DNA of 63,985 nt, filler included, from Octopus bimaculoides (lineage: Eukaryota): assembly GCF_001194135.2 (NCBI RefSeq). It is 7 parts of 7 records of this genome, joined end to end, with 100 filler letters (N's around TTAATTAATTAA, not from the genome) between each part and the next. Parts side by side here need not be neighbours in the genome. Positions count along the whole stretch, not along the records: positions 1 to 23,982 come from NC_068986.1; 6 more parts are not named here. The stretch is one strand, 5' to 3'. Shown here piece by piece: positions 1 through 12,689 of the stretch. The notes below the pieces were generated by a model, which saw nothing but the letters and a program-made list of their open reading frames with translations, was not told the origin of the DNA and searched no databases. A program made the translations under genes and the position numbers. How positions within the stretch are numbered: the first letter of the stretch is position 1; every line of letters begins with the position of its first letter.

Positions 1-188
1 TATATATACACGCACACACAGAGTAAGAGAGAGGGGGATAGATAGACAGATAGATAAGTGTATGTGTGTGTGTGTTTGTGTGCATGAATGGATGATTGGA
101 TGGATGTGTGTAGGTATGTTTATGTATATCACTGTTTGTAAGGTGTGTGTACATGCGCACATATGTGTCTTCGTGAATATATACACAT

Positions 189-235
<47 letters not shown>

Positions 236-256
236 CTTGTGTCTGTGTGTGTGTTT
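1..256. repeat. (TG)n/(TA)n compound microsatellite
   Basis: Direct: long tgtgtg and tata runs. Confidence 0.9.
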
Positions 257-272
257 AGCGACGCAAGCATTA

Positions 273-1055
273 TTAGTTCAAAATGTCATTCTGCATATCT
301 TATCTAACGTGGATATATTGTTGAAAGCTCGAAAACTTCAAGCATCTCGTATAGACGTATAGTGCTAAAAAGTACAGAAGTATATCATTAGCACACGAAA
401 AGCACCCAGCAGCAGCAGCGGGGGAATTGCAAAATCTAAATCCTTGTTTCTATGAGCGTCATCAGTTGTAAGCGTCCACTATAAACCACATGCTTAGATA
501 AATTCATCCTCCACTGATATAGAAAAACAGTGATTAACAAATCACTGGTGTTGTAAATGGCTGGCAGACAAGATAAAATGTCACCATAGGTAACAGTAGC
601 AGTATTGGTTCAGAGTAGCATTCTGTTTATCTTGCTTAATGTGGACATACTAATAGAAAACCACAATACTGTGGTATTCATCTTGAGAAAGCTTCTTATA
701 TAATGTATAATGCTATAAAGAACGGAAGTAGTAGACGAAAAGCATCCAGCAGTGGTGGTAGGGCTACTAAATCTAGATTTCTACATTTTTGCTCATCATC
801 AGTAGCAAGCGTCCACTTCAAACCACATGCTTTAAAAATTTATCCTCCACAGATATAGAAAAACAGTGATCAACAAATAACTGGTGTCACAAATAGCATC
901 GGGCTATTACCTTCGTTTTAGTTCAAAACTTGCATTCTGTATATCTTGACGTAGATATACAATAGAAAGCTAGAGAACTGCAGCGTAGTTCTCGGGAAAG
1001 CATCTCGTATAGAAGTATAGGGCTGAACAGCATAGAAATATATCAGTAGCATGCA
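273..1055. repeat. Degenerate tandem repeat, about 2.4 copies of a 313-332 bp unit
   Basis: Unit starts recur at 273 (ttagttcaaa), 605 (ttggttcaga) and 918 (ttagttcaaa). The blocks aagcgtccact.aaaccacatgct and gatatagaaaaacagtgat.aacaaat.actggtgt recur about 335 bp apart. Confidence 0.85.
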
Positions 1056-1229
1056 AAAAAAAAAACATGTTGTATGTGTGGACAAATTTGCTCTCGTGGG
1101 TGTGCGAGTTACGACGCGAAACAGCTGCATATTTCATGTGTGTGTGCATTCATATGTATTTCTTGTGTATTTCATATGTATTTTATATGTATATGTGATT
1201 GTGTGCGTAAGTTCTCGTACGGAATGCAA

Positions 1230-3290
1230 TTGTAGAATCACAGAAATATTTTACAAATTTTCTTCGTTCCTCCAATCGATTGAATCTAAAGAATGCCAAT
1301 CACCCCGCTGCATTCTTTTTTTTTTTTTTGAGAAAATAAGCATTTTCAGATTTTCATTCAAATCTGTCGTCACCTATAATAACATATATAATAACAAATC
1401 AAAATCTATAACTTGGATATAAGAGCTGTAATTTTCTCGTCAGTCCTGCGTAGATGTTCTTTTCTCCAATTTTTGAGGAGATTCGCTCCTTATCCCAGAA
1501 AGTTATACCTGACCCACTGTACTTTAACCGATTTCTGTTTTAATGGAATATCCCATTAGTATTCTTTATTCTTAAAAGTGTGGATACTTTCTGGTTGTGA
1601 TGTGCGTTTGGCAGTCAGTAAAATCCTTTTAGCATTCAGCATTGTATCTTGTCTTTCTCGTATCTCATGAGATGGGATAATCTTGCGGATGTTTTTTGGA
1701 CAACTACTGATATTTTCCACACTGCTATGACGTAGTCGACACTTTCTATCACAATGCAAAGGCTTAGAAACGTCTTTATCTCTTTTGTTGATCAAGTATC
1801 TAATAGCTATCTCCTGTTCTTGAACGGTATATGCATATACTTCTAGGTGAAATTACTGTCGTTCTTTAGCTTGTGGAGTAAGTACTCATGCATTGTCTGC
1901 CGATGAGAAATATTAATCTTCCAAGTCTCTGTTTAAATTGGTCAACAGTCCAGCCACTCCTAGTTGACATGAAGCAGCTGTAAATTCGGAGCACTTGTCC
2001 ATTTCTCCGTCTAAGCTCAACATGTTATTATCTTCACAACTGAGTATGTAGACGCATCATTTCTCTCTTTGCTGTTCAGTAGTTTTTGACACAATATGAC
2101 GCTCGAAATTGATCTCATGTTTCTAACTCCATTCCTCCGCTTGACATAGATTCTGTCATTGTCACTGTTGATGTGAATGTTATCAGTCATTGATAATATC
2201 TTTTTAGTCCTGATCTCCAATTTCTTCAAATGCCCAATCTAACACCCCAAATCTTGTTACTAGCACAGCCACACTTTGTAGGATGTAGTTGTAGTTTTAT
2301 AGAATGCGAACAGCATTAACTTTTGTATCTTCTTTTGTCATTATAGCTTTAACCATTGCGCCAACATATAGAATAATCTCGTCAATTCCAAGGTATTATA
2401 ACATTCATCACTTATGATATGGGAGACAAAGCAGTCCCTGATATTCATATTCCTTCTCTTGTCGTCAGTCTTTCTTCGCTCGAATATTAAATATGAACAT
2501 TTTTTTTACGCACCAAACTCCGCTCCTATTTCCCAAGAGAATGTTGTGACTAATTCTAACTACTTCTTGGCGTCATGAATATCACTCGAGTACAGCTTAA
2601 GGTCATCAACAAGTGGGTGTGGGTGAAATTGATATTTCTTTCATCTGCACCTCTTATCATGCAGGCTTTGTATTTGAACCCCTGGTCGGCTGTTTTACGT
2701 GACTGACAAGAGTTTCAAAAGCATTAATGACAAGTTGTCAGCCAGAAATATTACTTCGATAGCCTAATTCTATTAATGACTATAGTGGCAGCCTCAACTC
2801 ATAATGATAATTCTCTGGTCTATGTAGTTGTAGCCTCTTAATGGCATTGATTATAGCAGTTGGAAGCTTAACAAGACCTTTCAATTGTCTAACCTGTCAG
2901 CATGTTCCGAAGGTACTGTTTTACTTCCTTAAGAACAGTTATGTTAATGAGGAGTGGTTCAGCACAATCCTGGACACCTTTCTTTCCTTCTGCCTTGCTC
3001 TTCAGTTACCAAAACGTGTGTTCTGTTGTGATCCTAGATCAATGCTCTTAAGCAACTTGTGTATAATTTCAAGGACGCAATGGGCCTTTAAGTTTTAGCC
3101 CTTGACATTGAGTTACTTGTGTTGTGTGTACAACTGCAAATCAGTCTGACATATCAATCCCAGCGTTTATTTCTTCTTTTGAACAAGTTATCGATGACTG
3201 CCCTGTAGAAGGTGAGCTTTCTATAACTTTTCTATAACCGACATTCAGGTCGATCTCAAGTGATTTCCCGTTCAGCAGTTTTGCAGCAAT
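1230..3290 (-). mobile_element. Decayed R4/Dong-type non-LTR retrotransposon (RT, zinc knuckle, REL-type C-terminus) with frameshifts and stops
   Basis: Manual minus-strand translation gives, in the expected order: RPI; CAEPLLINITVLKEVK; LVDDLKLYSS (RT catalytic DD, about 2590-2610); LELVTTFSWEIGAEFG; frameshifted YKYLGIDE; HINSDNDRIYVKRRNG; DRKCRL..HSSVEN; and IQSIGGT. Confidence 0.85.
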
Positions 3291-3574
3291 CATTAAAAAA
3301 TACATTAAAATATTGTCTCTTTAAAGAAAGCTAATATATAAATACTTACTGTACAAACAACTTACATCTTTGAAATCACATTCAGTTGAACATATTTTTA
3401 AATTATTGAAATACTGTGTATGTCGAAACGTCGACGTTTTTTCTTTTTTCTTAGAGAGCGTGAAAACTGTGCGCGCGTGTGTATATGACCCAGATAGTGG
3501 ACGTGTGTTTGTGTTGATTGACACGCTATGACATTCATTATATGTGTGTATATTCTGTATGTGTGTATGTGTGT

Positions 3575-3588
3575 TGACGTCACGGAAG
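3575..3588. promoter_or_regulatory. Perfect CRE palindrome TGACGTCA directly followed by an ETS-like CGGAAG
   Basis: Direct: tgacgtca at 3575-3582, then cggaag at 3583-3588. Function is inferred. Confidence 0.4.
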
Positions 3589-3912
3589 CCATGTTTTTTC
3601 GTCAAGAAATAACAGACAAACATTGTGTTTAATCGTTTTCATTAATAAATAGAGGTCCAAATATCACAAAAAATTGTACTGCTCTGCCGAAAGTAAGTAT
3701 GAATATAAATATGCTAAAAAAAAAAAGATAAAATGTACTATTTCTGAGATATTTCGGGTAAACACAAACATCTCTAGAGTTTTATCATTTTTAAGATTGT
3801 AATTCTGATGGTCAAAGGGGTTAACTGCTAATTTTCTCTCGATCAACACGGCTTGTTGTCAAAGTTAGGCACTGCACTGACCTTGGAGTAATTATTATTT
3901 TTTAGGTTCAAC

Positions 3913-4071
3913 TCATTCATCATCCGTTTTATGTAACCTATCGAAGAAGAGATCTTCCCTAGCCCTTCTATAGAACATATACAAGTTTTGGTTCAATTCA
4001 AAGGTCCGCTCAAATTTCTCTCGATACCTCCGCGACTTGCGATAGCTGACCCTGGTCTCCTGTCCAGCCAT
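3913..4071 (-). CDS. Candidate 52-aa small protein MAGQETRVSYRKSRRYREKFERTFELNQNLYMFYRRAREDLFFDRLHKTDDE; no family recognised
   Basis: ATG at 4071 in ACCATGG context, and it is the first ATG after the predicted TSS. TGA at 3915-3913. GC is locally raised. ATTAAA at 3633-3628 is followed by a U/GU-rich tract. Confidence 0.5.
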   Translation of the reverse strand: MAGQETRVSYRKSRRYREKFERTFELNQNLYMFYRRAREDLFFDRLHKTDDE

Positions 4072-4217
4072 GGTGTTTATCGTAATTATCGCAGGTGTTG
4101 AATTCCAGTCCTTTTTCTCCGCTTTTTTACTGCTATACTTTTCTATAAAATAAAATGCTTCTTCGCGTTTTTCCAAAGAAAGCGACCAATTATTTCTTTT
4201 CAGCGGGCTTGTGTCAA

Positions 4218-4281
4218 TGACAAAAGTTCTTGGGGATAATGTCATTATAGAGTGCTGAAATATCTCCATATGCTGACGTCA
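4218..4281 (-). promoter_or_regulatory. Pol II core promoter candidate: CRE (-63 to -56), TATA (-31), Inr (+1 at 4218)
   Basis: TGACGTCA at 4274-4281, TATAAT at 4249-4244, and TCATTG at 4220-4215, with canonical TATA-Inr spacing. Confidence 0.55.
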
Positions 4282-5932
4282 CAGCCTTTCATGCCACATG
4301 CATGTACGTATATATCTATGATATGTGTGTGTGTGGGGGGGTGAAAATTAGTAAATATTGAAATTACTGAAATACCTTCTTGATGTAAACATCGCAGCTT
4401 CAGGAGTCAGCTGTGTATTTTGGTTTCCTATTTTTACGAAATCTGAAACACTTACCTACATACACTAATTCATACTTTTGCTCACATTTCTGCCTATCAT
4501 TCTCACCCTCCTTTGCTTTCTGCTTGTGTGTGTATGTGTATGTGCATGTGTGTGTACGTGATCGCGCGCGTGTCTGTGCCCGTATCCGTACGTGTGAGTG
4601 CGAAAGGGAGTGGCGGAAAGGATGATAAATGAGTACGGTTTGATTAGTGTATAGTGGAAACGTTAAAGAAGAAATTCTACATAGATACATAAATGAATGA
4701 ATAACAGAAATCTTGAAGGCTCGGTGCTGGGGGAACAAGCAAAACGATAAACAAAACACCCGCAACGGAAAACGAAATTTAGAACAGAAAAAACAATAGC
4801 AACAACAAAAACAAACATCAAACCTAAACGTTAACAATTTCTCGTTGTAACAAGTCTGTAAAACTAATTTCGCAATTGTTGCCGTTTAAAAACTGTACCC
4901 AGTTTTATGCTTACCGGTTATCGAAACGTTAAATTTGGATGAGTGAAAATATTTTGTGCTTCTGCACTATATGTGTCTACTTTCTGGAATGCGGATAAGA
5001 ACGGTCTGCGATCATAAAAGTTATTCGAACGTTTTACTATAAAGGCTGGCATATATGAAAGAACGAACAAGAGAAATGGGAAATATTTTCCGAATTCCAA
5101 CTCTCAACTTCAAACTCTTGCAATAGAAATCTATGGAGCAGCACTTTGGTACTTACTCATCTTCATTTACACAACTACCTCAGCAAATGTTCACGAACAT
5201 GAGCCATAGTTTTCCCTAGGACTGCTAAGGAGTGCTTAGGTCCATTTATCTTCAGTATTCCTGTTCAATCATCAACTAAAAAAGCTCAACGAAAGCAAGT
5301 CAAACTCGTACTTATTCTAACAGTAATATCAAAAACATAAACCATACAGTCGACACAAACTTCACAAAACATTCAGTTGTCTAGGTGGTGTCCTAACACG
5401 ACTTTACGTGTCATATTTTAAAATAAATTAACGAACGAACTTAAGTGCACAAATATGAGAAGCGTCACTCTTGAACTGGGATACAGAAAAGTCGAGTTTA
5501 TATACCGTTACACAGTCACTATCAAGGTACAAGAAACTTTGGAAATAGAAACGGTCATTACCGTACTAGAAGATTACTAGAAACCCGTGATTATACGGGC
5601 TCGCAAATATCGGAACAAGTTGGTGGACTTGCAACTTGACACCTAAAAAGGCAAGTCCATAACATACCTGTGATGTCTTCTGCAGATATACCGGAGCTGG
5701 AGTTCTGCTTCAGATCGGATCTCCAAATAGATATGAACTAAGAAAAAGCCGACGCTGAAAAGTTAGATGGAAGTGATTAACACCTACATCACTTCGGTAG
5801 TCTGAATCCCTGCCACCAAGATGTCTTGTCACAGTAAACACCTGGCCAGATTAGTGTGCATGCTCTTTCAATTCCTGTAGAAGGGACGATTTTGTTGCAA
5901 ACAACCGCTTCTTGCAAGTCTGAAGATACTGA

Positions 5933-5933
5933 G

Positions 5934-6001
<68 letters not shown>

Positions 6002-6063
6002 CATCATTATTATTATCATCATCATCATTATCCTCATCATCATCATCCTCATCATCATCATCC

Positions 6064-6103
<40 letters not shown>

Positions 6104-6137
6104 CATCATCATCATTATTATTATCATTATTATTATT
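5933..6137. repeat. (ATT)n/(ATC)n microsatellite
   Basis: Direct. Confidence 0.95.
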
Positions 6138-7220
6138 TTATGTTTGACTTTTGCTTTGCATTTGTACAAGTTGGATCCAAGTCTCACCCAGAGACCTCAA
6201 GAGACNNNNNNNNNNNNNNNNNNNNNNNNNNNNNNNNNNNNNNNNNNNNNNNNNNNNNNNNNNNNNNNNNNNNNNNNNNNNNNNNNNNNNNNNNNNNNNN
6301 NNNNNNNNNNNNNNNNNNNNNNNNNNNNNNNNNNNNNNNNNNNNNNNNNNNNNNNNNNNNNNNNNNNNNNNNNNNNNNNNNNNNNNNNNNNNNNNNNNNN
6401 NNNNNNNNNNNNNNNNNNNNNNNNNNNNNNNNNNNNNNNNNNNNNNNNNNNNNNNNNNNNNNNNNNNNNNNNNNNNNNNNNNNNNNNNNNNNNNNNNNNN
6501 NNNNNNNNNNNNNNNNNNNNNNNNNNNNNNNNNNNNNNNNNNNNNNNNNNNNNNNNNNNNNNNNNNNNNNNNNNNNNNNNNNNNNNNNNNNNNNNNNNNN
6601 NNNNNNNNNNNNNNNNNNNNNNNNNNNNNNNNNNNNNNNNNNNNNNNNNNNNNNNNNNNNNNNNNNNNNNNNNNNNNNNNNNNNNNNNNNNNNNNNNNNN
6701 NNNNNNNNNNNNNNNNNNNNNNNNNNNNNNNNNNNNNNNNNNNNNNNNNNNNNNNNNNNNNNNNNNNNNNNNNNNNNNNNNNNNNNNNNNNNNNNNNNNN
6801 NNNNNNNNNNNNNNNNNNNNNNNNNNNNNNNNNNNNNNNNNNNNNNNNNNNNNNNNNNNNNNNNNNNNNNNNNNNNNNNNNNNNNNNNNNNNNNNNNNNN
6901 NNNNNNNNNNNNNNNNNNNNNNNNNNNNNNNNNNNNNNNNNNNNNNNGGTAGTTCTTTGTAGGTAGGCATTGATCTTGGGCTGCTATGATAAACCCCTCT
7001 GTTTCTGATTTCAAGCCAGAGGCCATTAGCCATTGATGGGTAAGGGCTTTGCCAATATCTGCATTATTCGCTCTCTTTGGGTATTTGCCATTGAGAGGTT
7101 TTCCATGCCATTTTTCAGTCATAATATCTAAGGCAGCAATTTTAGCACGGGTTTTCAAGCGCTTAGCTTTCTCTGCAGGTGTTTCTAGTTCGTCTAATTC
7201 TTGAATTTGATGCAATTGGA

Positions 7221-7225
<5 letters not shown>
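6138..7225 (-). mobile_element. Young 5'-truncated R4/Dong-type non-LTR element; middle lies in a gap
   Basis: Open frame KWHGKPLNGKYP..THQWLMASGLKSETEGFIIAAQDQCLPTKNY, typical of the region before the zinc knuckle. The 3' UTR ends in an (AAT)n tail and (ATT)n flanks both sides. Confidence 0.85.

Positions 7226-7284
<59 letters not shown>
7226..7284. repeat. (ATT)n microsatellite at the 5' junction of the LINE
   Basis: Direct. Confidence 0.95.
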
Positions 7285-7633
7285 TCAGTTATTATATTGA
7301 TCCAGTTGGTCACTCAAAGTGCTATAAATAGAACTATACTTCACGATCTGTAAATATGTGAGATCACATTAGATAATGTATTCCAAGTTATCCCTAAATA
7401 TACTGAAAGTGACGGGTGCCATGCATTTAGTCAACGGTTTTCCTGTTGAGTGTTAATCCGGTGCTAAGCAAAGCTAAAACAAAAAACAAAAACTGTCTTC
7501 GTTAACATAAAAATGGAAATGCAAAAAGGATAGAAAATTTTAAAAAAATAAGGATGTGTGTATGTGAACGTGTGTGTGCGTGTGAGCATGTGTGTACGTA
7601 TATGATTATTTATATGCGTGTGTGCGATTTGAG

Positions 7634-7686
<53 letters not shown>

Positions 7687-8079
7687 NNNNNNNNNNNNNN
7701 NNNNNNNNNNNNNNNNNNNNNNNNNNNNNNNNNNNNNNNNNNNNNNNNNNNNNNNNNNNNNNNNNNNNNNNNNNNNNNNNNNNNNNNNNNNNNNNNNNNN
7801 NNNNNNNNNNNNNNNNNNNNNNNNNNNNNNNNNNNNNNNNNNNNNNNNNNNNNNNNNNNNNNNNNNNNNNNNNNNNNNNNNNNNNNNNNNNNNNNNNNNN
7901 NNNNNNNNNNNNNNNNNNNNNNNNNNNNNNNNNNNNNNNNNNNNNNNNNNNNNNNNNNNNNNNNNNNNNNNNNNNNNNNNNNNNNNNNNNNNNNNNNNNN
8001 NNNNNNNNNNNNNNNNNNNNNNNNNNNNNNNNNNNNNNNNNNNNNNNNNNNNNNNCACACACACACACTCACACTCACA

Positions 8080-8116
<37 letters not shown>

Positions 8117-8490
8117 GCACACACACACACACTCACAATCACCTATACAAACAAACAGACAGACAGACTGACTTGGGATAAATATAGAATCTTCCTGTTA
8201 TTTATTGCGTACATAAACATCAACACAATCCTTTCAAAACTTCAGCCGAGTGCAAATATACCAAGTTGGACATAGTTGTTTGGAAAAAATAAGAAAAGAA
8301 TATGAACCGTCATAGACGTCAGCTGTCCTGCTTGTGTGAATATCAGAGAGAGGAGGGTGAGATAGAGAGACAGACAAACAAACAGACAGAGACAGTCAGA
8401 CAGAGGATATTTATGAACAACTGCTTCGAGGTGTACAACATCTATACCCAGGTTATAAATTCACTAATAATATTCGGTACACGTGATTTT

Positions 8491-8693
8491 GTCATTTGAC
8501 TGTGGCCATGCTGGAGCACCGTCTTTAGTAGAGCAAATCGACGCAAGGACTTATTCTTTGTGAGCCTAGTACTTATTCTATCGGTCTCTATTGCCGAACC
8601 GCTAAGTTACGAAGATATAAACACACCACCATCGGTTGTCAAGCGATGTAGGGGGACAAACACAGATACACAAACACGCACACATATATATAT

Positions 8694-8726
<33 letters not shown>
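8491..8726 (-). mobile_element. SINE family A, 3' half, running into its internal microsatellite and a gap
   Basis: Near-identical to 44719-44976 and 46555-46814 (gtcatttgactg.ggccatgctggagcacc...gtcaagcgatg). Confidence 0.9.
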
Positions 8727-9609
8727 NNNNNNNNNNNNNNNNNNNNNNNNNNNNNNNNNNNNNNNNNNNNNNNNNNNNNNNNNNNNNNNNNNNNNNNNNN
8801 NNNNNNNNNNNNNNNNNNNNNNNNNNNNNNNNNNNNNNNNNNNNNNNNNNNNNNNNNNNNNNNNNNNNNNNNNNNNNNNNNNNNNNNNNNNNNNNNNNNN
8901 NNNNNNNNNNNNNNNNNNNNNNNNNNNNNNNNNNNNNNNNNNNNNNNNNNNNNNNNNNNNNNNNNNNNNNNNNNNNNNNNNNNNNNNNNNNNNNNNNNNN
9001 NNNNNNNNNNNNNNNNNNNNNNNNNNNNNNNNNNNNNNNNNNNNNNNNNNNNNNNNNNNNNNNNNNNNNNNNNNNNNNNNNNNNNNNNNNNNNNNNNNNN
9101 NNNNNNNNNNNNNNNNNNNNNNNNNNNNNNNNNNNNNNNNNNNNNNNNNNNNNNNNNNNNNNNNNNNNNNNNNNNNNNNNNNNNGCAGGCAAGCATTAAC
9201 GTGCGCAAAATAGCGAACATTGAAATTAACAGAGAAGTGAAATTAGGTAAGAAAAACTTATATATTAAATGATCTGTTAGAAAAGTTTTTTCAGAAATGA
9301 AAAAAAGTATAACTAAAATTTAATGAGAAATAAAGGTATTTTTTTTTTTTGTGTGAATTAAAATTGTGTAGAAATTAGGTGTTGGGAGAGTAAAGGCGTT
9401 GTAGGTGTTAGTTGTTGACACAAATTATGTGCGTTCATGTAAACATGCCAAAATGTATTTCAAAGGAAGGTTGTAGCTATATGCAAAACTGAGGTGCAGA
9501 TTAAGAGTTACGTATTAGTTAAGACACATATATAGAACGTATATTCCAGAGGTGTTCAGACTTTTAAAGGGAGGCATTTGCTTATTTCAGAGAAGTACAA
9601 AGCTCTAAT

Positions 9610-10000
9610 ATCCTTCAAAGTAATGTTTCTCTGACTTTAATACACTTATTTGTAGCGCTCCCGGCAGTTCGTGAAGGTCTCGTGAAAGTTCTTCAAAGTG
9701 AAGGAATCTAGGACTCGTCTCACAACTTCCTTCATCTTCTCCTTCAGCTTGGGAAAAACCAAAAGTCACAGAGACCAAACCTTGGACTGTAGGGAGGATG
9801 AGGGTTAGATATGATGCCCATCTTTGTCAAATAGTTGGTTACCAGGATGGAACTGTGGACCGGTGCATTGTCCTGATGCATGTGCTCTGGCCTTTTGCAA
9901 CTAAATATCTTCCTGAACCCCCTAGAAACTTCCACAAAGTACAGTTTGTTAACAGAAAACTTTATTACATATTAAGCTTCCACAATGTCTTCAGGTCTCA
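9610..10000 (-). mobile_element. Mariner transposase C-terminal remnant
   Basis: HQDNAPVH and HPPYSP..CDFWFFP (ORF 9744-9935), followed by a KCIKV..YFE-like end motif. Confidence 0.85.
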
Positions 10001-12689
10001 ACTGCATTCTGCAAACTAGTCATCTGTGACAAGCAGTGTTTAGTAGGAGGTGTTGAAAGTGATGTTACAGTTATCTCATTGAATCTGGAATAAATGATAT
10101 AATAAATATTGGCCGTCAATTTATTAGGGGTATAGCAATGGTATACTAAACTTAGAATAATCTAACTGCCTCCCCAAAACGAAGTTTCAAAACTTTGAGA
10201 ATGCTTCTTGTATCTCTATATCAAATATTTTTTTGGAAAATTTCTGAGAACATAGGTGTATTTACAGATATATAATTACCTTCTACACTTGCATAAGCCA
10301 TTAAAGTTATGAAAATGTAGCTAATAAGTGATAGCATAAATGAAAAATAGATAAGAAAATAATTATACATATATGCACATGCATATCAGTGTACATCTAT
10401 ATGCATACATATACATACACATGTGAGTGTGCGTGTGCGTGTGTGTGTGTGTGTGGATTATTTACTATGTATTTTATTGAGTAGACGGCAAGGCCTGCTT
10501 TGCCGCGTACCATTTACAATGACAGGTTGTTAACCGGTAAAAACGTTCTGAAAGCTTTCTTATAGAGATTTAATAGTAAAGTTGAAATAGGGGAAACACA
10601 CTAAACAGCGTGGCGTAAAAGTTACTTGTCATTTTAAAACTTAAGTAACATTTTTGATAATAAATAATGTACCGAAACATTGTTCTTTAAGTATATTTAT
10701 TTTCCGCTTTAGAACTGATTGTCGAATCATCCTGCCTTCCATTTCAGCTTCGCAAATTTGAACACTTTCTACGTAGTATTCCATGATAGCTCGTAAGGTA
10801 TCGGACTCCAGTGATCTAATTCTTTTATCACGTATTATTTATTAGCTTTTGGAATGTGCTTATACCATACATGTTTTAATGGACAAGCTAACAGCATTAT
10901 TTCCGCACATACTAAATGATAATCTCATAACTTTGCAATCATTTAACCGCTTCTAGAAGGAAAGATGTTCCTACTCCAGTGGTGTAATCTGATCTCATAC
11001 CGATGTGTAAATGACTCTTTTTCAGAATTCATTGTTGTTTGTCACAAAGTTAAATTAGATACATGTCTGGGCGCAATGTGTCTCTACACACTAAGCCGAA
11101 ATTTACATTGGACGGGGTCCGGTGGAGTTGGTTAGATAAGCCAAGATGCTTTCTGCAATCCCAATCAGCATTTGAAAGCTGTGAAAGAAGCGAAGGCTTC
11201 CAGAGTAATTTCAGAGTTATCTCTCTTGAGTACATGAAGCTGATGATAGTGAAGAAGTTGCACCATGAAATGACTGTTTGGGTTCTTAATACCTATTGCC
11301 TATAGCGAGAATTCTTCTCAACGGCAAGCAGCAGTGAGTATGGCCTTTGTACAGATCAACTATGTTCCATAATTATTTGAATCGATCTAAATGTTTGTTC
11401 ACACACAACACTACTTTCACATACCTACTACTCAGTGTGTATGTGCGTGTGAGCGCGTGCGTGTGCATGTATATGTATGTATATATAAAAGAAATGATTA
11501 TGTAAGTCTTGTTTGATAAAGATATTTCAGGATAAACCTTGCCTTCTTGATATATAGTTTTTTGACCTTCCTATTGAATTCAAGAGCAGCACATTATGTC
11601 GACAAAACAGTAGCCCAAATCACAGCGAAATTTTTCTCGCCTCGTCCGTTAACATACCACTCCTGTAAAGACGAAATGTCACTGCCAATAAGTTGGTCTT
11701 CTTTACTCCGTTGATATTCACGTAGCTCTTATTGCTAAATTTATCGTTTCATTGCATTCTGATTTGTTGGTAGATATTTTATACACCCACGAGAAATTAA
11801 AATCCAAAGCCAACATAGGCAGTTAGTAGGAAATGAGATGGCAGAAAACTAAATTGAATATAAAAAAAGACACGACAACAATGAGAAAAGATGCAGCAGT
11901 CATAACAACTAAAATGAAAACAATAAAACTGCCATCATTACTGCACAACCAACAACAGCAACAACAATAAGAAGGGCCCTAAGAACAATAGCGTTAACAT
12001 CAAAGATCTTTTATACATAGACATGCGGCAACAACACCAACACCTTTCACACTCACCGCTTCTCTGAGATTGAAAAAAAAAATAAATAAATAAAAATATA
12101 AAGCATCTGCATAAATTTCCTTGTCTACTACTACTCAGATCAAATATTTTTTATATAGGAATGCCTGTCGGTCGCAATATCGGTGTTGAAGAAATTCGAT
12201 TTATTTGGAGCCACAGGTAATAAAATGCAGCCTGTTTTACCATTTGATAATGTCCCCGATTGAAGATAACGAAAAGAAAAAATAAATTCCCCAGCAGGAT
12301 TTAATATCTAAAGTCTAATGCCAAGTTTTAATGAAAGCCAATGTACTGCACCATTTGAGATATTTTGCTCGACCGTCTTGCCGTTGTTTATTTCGTTCTT
12401 TTGTTATTTTATTGTTTTAGATGCTGGTTCCATCGAGGGAGATAGTCGAAATTGTAGAATATCGGTCTAAACGATTTCCAGTATATTATGGTCGTTGACT
12501 TTTTGATTTTTGTATTTTTTCCTTCTTTTCTATGTTCTGTCTTCGAGACCAGTCACTATGATCATTGATTTTTATCTTTACATTGTTTATATAAATACCA
12601 GTAATATTGGTGTCTAGATCTTTCTATCGGTTGTACTTCTTTCTTTCGAATGGTCTGTGCTTGAATTAAAAGCAGTTATTATTGTTGCT

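Noticed and set aside
3913-4269. 118-aa ORF starting at 4269
   Set aside because: Its ATG lies between the CRE and the TATA box, upstream of the predicted TSS. Only the last 52 codons have a good start context.
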